From the NCBI GenBank assembly GCA_016699205.1, contig CP064964.1, positions 870,001 to 902,000 on the forward strand: a DNA stretch of 32,000 nt, in the 5' to 3' direction. The notes under the pieces are model-generated. The model saw only the letters and a program-made list of their open reading frames with translations, was not told the DNA's origin and searched no databases. The first letter of the stretch is position 1. Each line of letters begins with the position of its first letter. The translations under genes and the position numbers were made by a program. This stretch comes from Candidatus Saccharimonadota bacterium (lineage in GTDB: Bacteria; Patescibacteriota; Patescibacteriia; 2-12-FULL-60-25). Of this stretch, positions 24,072-32,000 are shown piece after piece.

Positions 24072-24098
24072 AGGCTAAGGTTAGCCTTATGGTATAAT
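24072..24098 (+). promoter_or_regulatory. extended -10 promoter (TGGTATAAT, hexamer 24093-24098) preceded by inverted repeat aggctaa-gg-ttagcct (24072-24087)
   Basis: A perfect TATAAT with TGn lies 7 nt before ATG 24106, which implies a leaderless ABC mRNA. The 7-bp-arm palindrome occupies the -35/spacer region and could be an operator. Confidence 0.5.
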
Positions 24099-24105
24099 TC
24101 GGATC

Positions 24106-25917
24106 ATGAGTCGATTGGATGCTTCTGGAATTCCCCGTGTTCCTTGGCGCGATCTCGGAAGGTCGTATGTTCGTTTTTTGGTTTTGCAGTGGCGGGCGAA
24201 TCGGGGGCTAACAGCGCTGCGCATTTTTCTCCAGTTGCTCTCGGCGACGATGCAGCCGCTGCAGATTTTCTTTTTTGGTCTCTTGGTTGCCGCGATTACC
24301 ACAGGTAATGCCGACCGCGTGTATTCCATCGTAATTGGTTCCGCGCTTACGTATGGATTGCAGAAACTGGCTGACAATCTCTTGCAGTCAAAGTTGGCAG
24401 ATTGGGGAGAGCGCTCCGTGACATTGGCGGCGCATGAAGCGGTGTATGCGCATCTCGCTAAGATTGCGCCGGAACGTTTGCTCGCGCCCGATATTCGCCG
24501 CGATCTTGATTACGTACGTGAAGATTTGTGGCGCATTCATAGCTTGCCTGCATACACCGAGCAATTATTACGATCGATTATCCAGCTTGTTGGTGCGATT
24601 AGTTTGGCGACAACGGCACCTTGGTGGGTGATGGCGCTGGTGTTTGGCGTCGCGGTTTTCCAGATGCTCGATGCTTCATTTGAAGCTAAGAATGATTTGT
24701 GGGCCTCATCATGGAATTCTTTGGATGGGCGGCGCATTGAATACACAAAGTATGTCTTCATGATGGGCGAGGATTTTCGCGAGCTGCGCTTGCTTGATGC
24801 AGCGCCGCGTTTGCTTGCTCGATATCGAGAGGCGGCTGGTCGTGTGCTCGAGCGTTTCAAGAAAACCGGTTTGAGCAGCGCGATGGCGCGATTTATTTTA
24901 GCGTTCGCTCAGGGTGTTGCTTATGCGGTTATTATCTTTTTGTTTGCGCCGCAAGCGTTTAAAAATCCTGCGCTTCTCGGAACGCTTTATGTTTCTTTGA
25001 ATTTGTTTGGATTGGTTGGAGAGGGTTTGGGCGGAATGACGACGGCGATCGCGAGACTTGCAGCGAATGCAGGGATTCTTGCGCGTGTTGATCACGTGTT
25101 CCGTATTCCGGTGGAATCAAATGAAGGAAGCCAGATTCCTCGAGAAAAATTAGTGATTGAGTTTAAAAACGTTGGCTATCATTATCCTGGTACGCAGCGA
25201 TTCGCATTGCGAAATCTTTCCCTTACGTTGCGAGAGAATGAGCATGTCGCGATTGTGGGGGAGAATGGCGCAGGAAAGTCGACGTTTCTCCGTTTACTCG
25301 CGGCGCTTGATAAACCGAGTGAAGGAGAGATTTTGTTGAATGGTAGGCCGCTCGATGCTTATAAGCCGACCGAATGGCGCCGGGCATTTCATTTGCTGAT
25401 GCAGAGCGGAAAGCTGTATCAAGATTTTGTGGAGGATAATTTGTTATTTGGCGAGCCGGATGCACGTTGGGCCAAGCATGGGCTTTCGGTAAATCGCGCA
25501 CTGAAAATTTCTGGCGCGGATGCGGTGGTGCGGGAATTGAAGGATGGTATGAAAACATTTATCGGCGATTGGGTTGCGCCGCCTGGAATCGAGCCGCGCA
25601 GTGTTTCTGGCGGACAAGCGCAGCGTTTATTGATTGCGCGAACACTCGTGCATGGCGGACGATTGATTGCGCTCGATGAGCCGACTTCTGCTATGGACGC
25701 CTTGGCTGAAACGGCCTTTTTTGAGCAGCTGCACGAAAATTTGAAAGGAAAGGGGATTATCTATATTTCCCATCGATTCTCTACGGTACGTCGGGCTAAT
25801 CGTATTATTGTGTTTGAGAATGGAACGATGATGGAGGATGGTTCGCATGAGGAGCTGCTCGCTAAAGGAGGAACGTATGCCAAGCTCTATGAGGAGCAGG
25901 CTAAGTGGTATAACTAA
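24106..25917 (+). CDS. ABC exporter, fused permease + ATPase (half-transporter)
   Basis: The N-terminal ~300 aa are hydrophobic TMD. NBD motifs are Walker A GENGAGKST, signature VSGGQAQRL, Walker B LIALDEPTSAMD and H-loop ISHR. Confidence 0.9.
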   Translation: MSRLDASGIPRVPWRDLGRSYVRFLVLQWRANRGLTALRIFLQLLSATMQPLQIFFFGLLVAAITTGNADRVYSIVIGSALTYGLQKLADNLLQSKLADWGERSVTLAAHEAVYAHLAKIAPERLLAPDIRRDLDYVREDLWRIHSLPAYTEQLLRSIIQLVGAISLATTAPWWVMALVFGVAVFQMLDASFEAKNDLWASSWNSLDGRRIEYTKYVFMMGEDFRELRLLDAAPRLLARYREAAGRVLERFKKTGLSSAMARFILAFAQGVAYAVIIFLFAPQAFKNPALLGTLYVSLNLFGLVGEGLGGMTTAIARLAANAGILARVDHVFRIPVESNEGSQIPREKLVIEFKNVGYHYPGTQRFALRNLSLTLRENEHVAIVGENGAGKSTFLRLLAALDKPSEGEILLNGRPLDAYKPTEWRRAFHLLMQSGKLYQDFVEDNLLFGEPDARWAKHGLSVNRALKISGADAVVRELKDGMKTFIGDWVAPPGIEPRSVSGGQAQRLLIARTLVHGGRLIALDEPTSAMDALAETAFFEQLHENLKGKGIIYISHRFSTVRRANRIIVFENGTMMEDGSHEELLAKGGTYAKLYEEQAKWYN

Positions 25918-25924
25918 AACGTGA

Positions 25925-25957
25925 ACACCCCGTCCGACAGAGAGTCGGGCGGGGTGT
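25925..25957. terminator. stem-loop between the convergent ABC and M16 genes
   Basis: acaccccgtccga / tcgggcggggtgt is a 13-bp stem (one G-U on the plus strand) with a 7-nt loop. There is no clear U-tract. Confidence 0.4.
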
Positions 25958-25965
25958 GAGGATGT

Positions 25966-27210
25966 TTACTCCGGAAGGAGGAGAAAGCGTGTATAGCGTT
26001 TGGGGTCGTAGATCGCGCGCACAATGTCGCGTAGACCGTCGTCGTGCAGAGAGCGGATTGCGGCAACGCCATCAGGGTTTTTTCCGAGGTTGCCGTAGAG
26101 CCAGTCTTCTTCTAGCTCGCCGAATGACGGCTTGCTTGGTTTTGCCAGCTTTTTCAGGAGCTGGTCCGTACGGGCGTATTCGATGGCTGTCGCATCGAAT
26201 CCGTTGTCTGCGTGTCCCTGCAGGATGTCGCAGATACAGGACTCTGCTTCATCCGCGCGAGCAGGATCGATTCCCCTAAGAGTCACTTCGAATGTACTCA
26301 AGGGAAGCGGGCAGGTTGTTCCCGATGTCATGTAGGCGAGCTTGCGATTCACACGCAGCTCTTTGAACAAGCTGCCCCTGGTTGGTCCGAAGAGCAGATC
26401 AACGAAGAACGAGAAACGGATTCTTGTGATCAAGTCTTCTACGTGTGTTCCATCGAACACCAGCGAGAGCTGGGTAGAATTGAAGAAGGGTCGCTTGTAT
26501 TCGTACCTGCCGTTGTCGACCTTGTTCCAGCATCGAGTAACGGTACGTACGGATCCACGCGGAAGCTCGCATGAGAGACGTTCCACCTCTTCTACGAGCT
26601 CGGCATGATTGACTTTGCCGTATGCGAGCACGAGCAGGTTTGCAGCGGTATATGTATCCGCGTGTCGTGCTTTCAGTCCTTCCGGCTGGATGCGGGCGAT
26701 GCTTTCTTCGTCGCCCGTGCCTCGGTGATTCCACGTACGGCATTCGGGAATCAACAGGCGCTCGGTCTCCAGGAAAAATTCATGGAAGCGGTTCTGACGA
26801 TATTCCGAGATGATGATCGGTCTCTCGTTTTCCACTTCCGTATTTCCGAATTCTGGTCGAGTGACGATCTGGAACAGCCGCGTTAGCAGCTCCGGTGCAT
26901 GCTCGACGTATGTTGTTGCACCATAACGTGTGAAGTTACGACCTGTTTCCGCGACGAGCCCCGTCATTCCACGGGATTCGAAGTCAAGGAGGACAGGATG
27001 GATACCGCCGCGAGACGGACCTTCCATCACCATGTGCTCGAGGTAGTGAGCGTCACCCGGAATGGTGTCGTGCATTGATCCAGTCGCAAAGGTGAGTAGA
27101 AAGCTCGTGACTTGTAGCTTTTTCTGCTCAAACGAGATGACGGTCGTGCCGTTGTCGAGCGTCGTCATCGTGACTGGCTTGCCATACCCATCCAGTGCCC
27201 TGGTTTCCAA
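25966..27210 (-). CDS. M16-family (pitrilysin/insulinase-like) zinc peptidase
   Basis: Inverted zinc motif HxxEH present as HYLEH in GDAHYLEHMVMEG. N-terminal TLDNGTTVI is typical of M16. The TTG start at 27210 is preceded by GAGGAG; the alternative ATG is 27168. Confidence 0.8.
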   Translation of the reverse strand: METRALDGYGKPVTMTTLDNGTTVISFEQKKLQVTSFLLTFATGSMHDTIPGDAHYLEHMVMEGPSRGGIHPVLLDFESRGMTGLVAETGRNFTRYGATTYVEHAPELLTRLFQIVTRPEFGNTEVENERPIIISEYRQNRFHEFFLETERLLIPECRTWNHRGTGDEESIARIQPEGLKARHADTYTAANLLVLAYGKVNHAELVEEVERLSCELPRGSVRTVTRCWNKVDNGRYEYKRPFFNSTQLSLVFDGTHVEDLITRIRFSFFVDLLFGPTRGSLFKELRVNRKLAYMTSGTTCPLPLSTFEVTLRGIDPARADEAESCICDILQGHADNGFDATAIEYARTDQLLKKLAKPSKPSFGELEEDWLYGNLGKNPDGVAAIRSLHDDGLRDIVRAIYDPKRYTRFLLLPE

Positions 27211-27317
27211 GGAGCTCCTCGTGTCGGCTACTGGTCCGACGTGACTAGTTAGCCATTTTTTGGAGTTTTGTCAATAGGTTTGACGTTTTATCTCCCATCG
27301 TCCAAGATCGTTTTTAT

Positions 27318-27665
27318 ATGTCATTTCAGCGCATTTTGGAGTCGGCTCGCCGTATGGGGGCGCCGCTTATTGTTACGGACGCCGCCGGGCGTGAGCCGAT
27401 GGTGGTTATGTCGCTTCAGACTTATGAACGCTTGAGCGAGGTCGCCCCGGCCTTGGCCCCAAAGCCGGCGGCTTCACCGATGGCTGAACCGACGGTTACG
27501 GAGTTTATCCAGACCCCAGTTACAGCCCCATCCAAGCCAGAATCGGCCCCAGTTCTTCAGGAAATTGCTATTCAGGTCATGGAATCTCCAGAAATGGCTC
27601 AAGATAGCGAAATTTCTATGGAGGAACGCTTCTATTTGGAGCCCTCTGATGAGGAGTCGAAATAG
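27318..27665 (+). CDS. small protein with a Phd/YefM-like N-terminus and an acidic Pro/Ala/Glu-rich tail
   Basis: GAPLIVTDAAGREPMVVMSLQTYERLSE resembles the antitoxin Phd/YefM core. The C-terminal 70 aa are low-complexity and acidic. There is no adjacent toxin ORF. Confidence 0.4.
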   Translation: MSFQRILESARRMGAPLIVTDAAGREPMVVMSLQTYERLSEVAPALAPKPAASPMAEPTVTEFIQTPVTAPSKPESAPVLQEIAIQVMESPEMAQDSEISMEERFYLEPSDEESK

Positions 27666-27681
27666 GGGAAAACCCCGCCTC

Positions 27682-27710
27682 TTGCGCGTTTTTTTAGGCT
27701 CTGGTATCCT
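27682..27710 (+). promoter_or_regulatory. candidate tuf promoter TTGCGC-17-(TGG)TATCCT
   Basis: Extended -10 pattern, about 63 nt upstream of ATG 27774. Confidence 0.3.
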
Positions 27711-27773
27711 CGTGTCACTCGCTTTTAACAGCGAACCTTATTCTATCGGCTAAATTTAACGTCACGTACTTCT

Positions 27774-28962
<1,189 letters not shown>

Positions 28963-28972
28963 ATTTAACCGA

Positions 28973-29025
28973 GAGAGGATTTCCTCCTCTCCGCCGATCA
29001 GCCGAAGCGTTCGGAAGATCAGCGG
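28973..29025 (+). promoter_or_regulatory. structured tuf-rpsJ spacer (two stem-loops), possible S10-operon leader
   Basis: Hairpin gagagga/tcctctc (28973-28991). Nested structure ccgccgatc...ccgaa-gcg-ttcgg...gatcagcgg (28991-29025). Confidence 0.3.
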
Positions 29026-29059
29026 ATAGGAGGAATGCCATGGTCCTCTCCGACTCCAC

Positions 29060-29410
29060 ATGTCCGACACCAAATCCAAGTCGGCCGCTTCCAAGGAAGC
29101 CGCCGGCGGCCACCGAGTCCGAATCAAGATTCGTGCGTACGACCACAAGATCATCGATCAGGCCACGCGTACGATCATTGAGACAGCCGAGCGCTCCGGC
29201 GCAAAAGTTGTCGGTCCGGTGCCTCTTCCGACCGAGAAGAAAAAGTGGACGGTTAACCGTTCCACCTTCGTTCACAAGAACGCTCGTGAACAATTCGAAA
29301 TGCGAATCCACAAGCGTATCGTGGACATCCTCGACCCGAACGCAAAGACGATCGACGCTCTGACGTCGCTCAACTTGCCAGCCGGTGTCGATGTGGAGAT
29401 CAAGATGTAG
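29060..29410 (+). CDS. rpsJ: 30S ribosomal protein S10 with a ~17-aa N-terminal extension
   Basis: [26 protein letters not shown]...GPVPLPT is canonical S10. Confidence 0.93.
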   Translation: MSDTKSKSAASKEAAGGHRVRIKIRAYDHKIIDQATRTIIETAERSGAKVVGPVPLPTEKKKWTVNRSTFVHKNAREQFEMRIHKRIVDILDPNAKTIDALTSLNLPAGVDVEIKM

Positions 29411-29506
29411 TTTGAAAACAAAGGTTCCCAAGGAGAAAGTTTCCGACGTTCGTCGGAATAACCTCCCTGCAGCGAATCGCGAAAACCCATCAATCATGGA
29501 CTTACA

Positions 29507-29557
29507 GAAGCCCGTAATTTGAAGGCGATTCCCGATCGTCCGCAGATTACGGGCTTT
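29507..29557 (+). terminator. terminator-like hairpin inside the unusually long rpsJ-rplC spacer
   Basis: gaagcccgtaat / attacgggcttt is a 12-bp stem (one G-U) around a 27-nt loop, followed by tgtt. Confidence 0.4.
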
Positions 29558-29605
29558 TGTTATGCACTCGTTTGTAAAAAGATTTTAACGCGACCAATCC
29601 GACCT

Positions 29606-30208
29606 ATGAAATTCATTCTGGGCGAAAAACTCGAGATGTCGCAGGTCTATGCGGCGGACGGCACGGTTGTACCCGTGACGCTCGTGAAAGCTGGACCGTG
29701 CATCGTGACGCAAGTCAAAACTGCCGAAAAGCACGGTGTTACAGCCGTGCAGATCGGTTTTCAAAATCATAAGAACGCAACCAAGCCGGAAGCAGGTCAC
29801 TTGAAGGACTTGCCCCCGATGCGCGTCTTGCGCGATTTCCGTGTCGAGAGCGATTCCTCGCTCAAGCGCGGCGACGCGATCGAGGCGGGTATCTTTCAGC
29901 CGGGCGAAACCGTTCATGTCGTTGGCCAGTCCAAGGGCAAAGGTTTCCAGGGTGTCGTGAAGCGTCATGGCTTTCACGGTCATCCAAAGTCTCACGGTCA
30001 CAAGGACCAGGAGCGTATGCCAGGTTCGATCGGTGCCGGTGGTCCGCAGCACGTATTCAAGGGACGCCGCATGGCTGGTCACATGGGTGACGAGCGCGTG
30101 ACGATCAAGAACCTTGAAGTCGTCGAGATCCGTGAGGGCGGCATTATCGCTCTCAAGGGTGCGGTACCAGGTGCGCGCCACGCCATTATTGAAATCCACT
30201 CCGCCTAA
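29606..30208 (+). CDS. rplC: 50S ribosomal protein L3
   Basis: MKFILGEKLEMSQVYAADGTVVPVTLVKAGPC...GKGFQGVVKRHGF is canonical L3. Start is taken at ATG 29606. Confidence 0.93.
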   Translation: MKFILGEKLEMSQVYAADGTVVPVTLVKAGPCIVTQVKTAEKHGVTAVQIGFQNHKNATKPEAGHLKDLPPMRVLRDFRVESDSSLKRGDAIEAGIFQPGETVHVVGQSKGKGFQGVVKRHGFHGHPKSHGHKDQERMPGSIGAGGPQHVFKGRRMAGHMGDERVTIKNLEVVEIREGGIIALKGAVPGARHAIIEIHSA

Positions 30209-30209
30209 T

Positions 30210-30836
30210 ATGACGAGCATTTCTATCTACAACCAGGACGGCAAGGCCGTTGGTGAACTCGCTCTCAACGAGGCGTTGTTTGGTATCAAGCCTAACAAGG
30301 CATTGGTACACGAGGTCATGGTTGCCCAGCGCAACAATGCCCGCCGCGCGATTGCTAACACCAAGACCAAGGGTGAAGTACGCGGTGGTGGTAAGAAGCC
30401 GTGGAAGCAGAAGGGTACGGGCCGCGCTCGTCAGGGTTCCATCCGCAACCCGCAGTGGATTGGCGGTGGTATCGCTTTTGGTCCAACTTCCGAACGCAAT
30501 TTTTCCCAGAAAGTAAACAAGAAGGCCAAGCGCACAGCGCTCCTCATGGCTTTGTCTGACAAGGTTCTCGACAAGAAGATGATTGCTATTGAAGCGATCA
30601 AGACCGACGCGCCTAAGACCAAGGTCATGGCCGAGATGATCAAGAAGTTGCCGCTTGATCGCAACACGCTTTTGGTTGCATCCGCTTCCAATCCGTCCTT
30701 GCTCCGCATGGTCCGCAACATTCCTAACGTTAAACTCGTGACCGCTAACAGCGTGAACTTGAATGACGTTCTTACCTATCGCTCGGTCGCCTTCCTCAAG
30801 GACGCGGTCGCTGCGTTTGAGAAGATTTACGCCTAA
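30210..30836 (+). CDS. rplD: 50S ribosomal protein L4
   Basis: ANTKTKGEVRGGGKKPWKQKGTGRARQGSIRNPQW is canonical L4. ATG 30210 lies 1 nt after the rplC stop. Confidence 0.93.
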   Translation: MTSISIYNQDGKAVGELALNEALFGIKPNKALVHEVMVAQRNNARRAIANTKTKGEVRGGGKKPWKQKGTGRARQGSIRNPQWIGGGIAFGPTSERNFSQKVNKKAKRTALLMALSDKVLDKKMIAIEAIKTDAPKTKVMAEMIKKLPLDRNTLLVASASNPSLLRMVRNIPNVKLVTANSVNLNDVLTYRSVAFLKDAVAAFEKIYA

Positions 30837-30840
30837 TCCT

Positions 30841-31266
30841 ATGCCACTTCTCGACCGTTTCCTCAAAAAGGACGACGCTCCGGCTAAAAAGCCGGCTGCC
30901 AAGAAGGCTCCAGCCAAAAAGGTTGCAGCCAAAAAGGCAGAAGCGACATCGGATAAGCCGGCCGTCACAGGCAAGGCCGACGCGATGGCGATCCGTCTTC
31001 TTACCAAGCCGCATGTCAGTGAAAAGGCTGCTCGCCTTGCTGACACTGGTACGTATGTCTTTGATGTTCCGATGAGCGCCGAAAAGGTGTCCATCCGCAA
31101 GGCTGTTGAATCGCTTTACAACGTTCATGTTGAAGGCGTCCGCATTATCCGCGTCGCCGGTAAACCGATGCGCCGCGGTAAGCGCGTCAGCTTCCGCCGC
31201 GATGTTAAAAAGGCTCTTGTCACCTTGAAGAAGGGTGAGACGCTTAGCCTGTACGAAGGAGTCTAA
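30841..31266 (+). CDS. rplW: 50S ribosomal protein L23 with a ~45-aa Lys/Ala/Pro-rich N-terminal extension
   Basis: The core LLTKPHVSEKAARLADTGTYVFDVPMSAEKVSIRKAVESLYNVHVEGV is L23. The extension is KKDDAPAKKPAAKKAPAKKVAAKKAEA. Confidence 0.9.
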   Translation: MPLLDRFLKKDDAPAKKPAAKKAPAKKVAAKKAEATSDKPAVTGKADAMAIRLLTKPHVSEKAARLADTGTYVFDVPMSAEKVSIRKAVESLYNVHVEGVRIIRVAGKPMRRGKRVSFRRDVKKALVTLKKGETLSLYEGV

Positions 31267-31270
31267 TCCT

Positions 31271-32000
31271 ATGCCTATCAAGAAAATCCGCCCGAATCAC
31301 GCCGGGTCGCGAAATCTCTCGGTGCAGAGCTTTGCCGACGTCACCTCGACGGAACCGGACAAGTCTCTCATCTCATTCCGCAAATCCAATGCGGGTCGTT
31401 CGCTTGGAAAAATCGCTGTCCGTCATCAAGGCGGCGGTGCTCGTCGCTATCTTCGTGATGTCGACTTCAAGCGCACCCGTTTTGATATTCCGGCTACGGT
31501 GAAGACCATCGAGTACGATCCGAACCGCGGAGCGCGTATTGCGTTGATCAACTACAAGGATGGTGTGAAGAGCTATATCCTTGCTCCGGAGAATTTGAAG
31601 GTGGGGGATGTTGTCGTCTCCTCGATGAACGAGGCAGAAATCAACGTTGGCAACCGTTTGCCGCTTTCCAAGATTCCGCTGGGTGCCTTAGTGCACTCCG
31701 TTGAACTCGCTCCAGGTAAGGGCGGTCAGCTTGGACATGGTGCCGGTTCACGTATTGAGTTCATGGCCCTTGAAGACGATTGGGCTGCATTGAAACTTCC
31801 ATCCGGTGAAGTGCGCCGCGTTCCTAAGACCTGTATGGCCACGATCGGTACGGTATCCAACCCGGACTGGCACTTGGTCCGATGGGGTAAGGCCGGCCGC
31901 ATGCGCCATCGCGGCATTAAGCCGACGGTTCGCGGTAAGGTCATGAACCCGGTTGATCACCCGCACGGTGGTGGTGAAGGTAAGCATCCGATCGGTATGA
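31271..32000 (+). CDS. rplB: 50S ribosomal protein L2, 3' end outside the window
   Basis: My own translation from ATG 31271 gives MPIKKIRPNHAGSRN...RHQGGGARRYLRDVDFKR...IEYDPNRGARIALINYKDG...GKAGRMRHRGIKPTVRGKVMNPVDHPHGGGEG. The frame is open to the window end, and this ORF is absent from the supplied track. Confidence 0.93.
   Translation, partial: MPIKKIRPNHAGSRNLSVQSFADVTSTEPDKSLISFRKSNAGRSLGKIAVRHQGGGARRYLRDVDFKRTRFDIPATVKTIEYDPNRGARIALINYKDGVKSYILAPENLKVGDVVVSSMNEAEINVGNRLPLSKIPLGALVHSVELAPGKGGQLGHGAGSRIEFMALEDDWAALKLPSGEVRRVPKTCMATIGTVSNPDWHLVRWGKAGRMRHRGIKPTVRGKVMNPVDHPHGGGEGKHPIGM

Noticed and set aside
23864-27700. Search for inverted or direct repeats marking the fusA-tuf insert as a transposon
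   Set aside because: Only short shared words (aggct, cgaacctt) occur at non-equivalent distances. No terminal inverted repeats, target duplication, transposase or integrase could be seen by eye.
30186-31100. 304-aa ORF antisense to rplD/rplW
   Set aside because: It is a shadow ORF opposite two canonical ribosomal protein genes. The Ala/Leu/Arg-rich translation mirrors the Lys/Ala-rich codons of L23.

Overview
This is a 32-kb chromosomal segment from a bacterium with compact, mostly Shine-Dalgarno-less and often leaderless genes. It is possibly an uncultivated streamlined lineage such as CPR/Patescibacteria, but that is inference only. The backbone is housekeeping. On the minus strand it reads secE-nusG-rplK-[inserted membrane protein]-rplA, followed by tRNA-Pro(GGG). 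The window also holds hup, rpmB, an M50 protease and gatB. The str/S10 region reads rpsL-rpsG-fusA-[3.9-kb insert]-tuf-rpsJ-rplC-rplD-rplW-rplB. Two functional neighbourhoods stand out. One is a DNA-damage cluster (S24 peptidase fragment, small ORF, dinB, TM protein, EndoQ-like PHP nuclease). The other is a pyrimidine dNTP cluster (thyA-folA-HIT on the plus strand; P-loop kinase-dut-nucleotidyltransferase-dCMP deaminase fusion on the minus strand). The accessory or odd content is as follows. (1) An ABC exporter, an M16 peptidase and a Phd-like orphan sit between fusA and tuf. (2) tuf carries a 1-nt frameshift. (3) A G+C-richer pair of genes with strong SD sequences (an ORFan plus a signal-less NlpC/P60) follows the HIT gene, flanked by a duplicated, diverged HIT 3' end with promoter and RBS. 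(4) Another G+C-rich ORFan lies next to tRNA-Pro. (5) There is a 35-aa histone-H1-like basic ORF, and several proteins carry Lys/Ala-rich tails. (6) An apparent 23S-rRNA L1-stalk mimic sits just upstream of rplA. (7) Terminator hairpins recur fused to extended -10 (TGnTAxxxT) promoters 6-10 nt from the ATG. I found no rRNA, CRISPR array, transposase, integrase or reverse transcriptase. All functional calls come from motif recognition by eye; no database search was possible.
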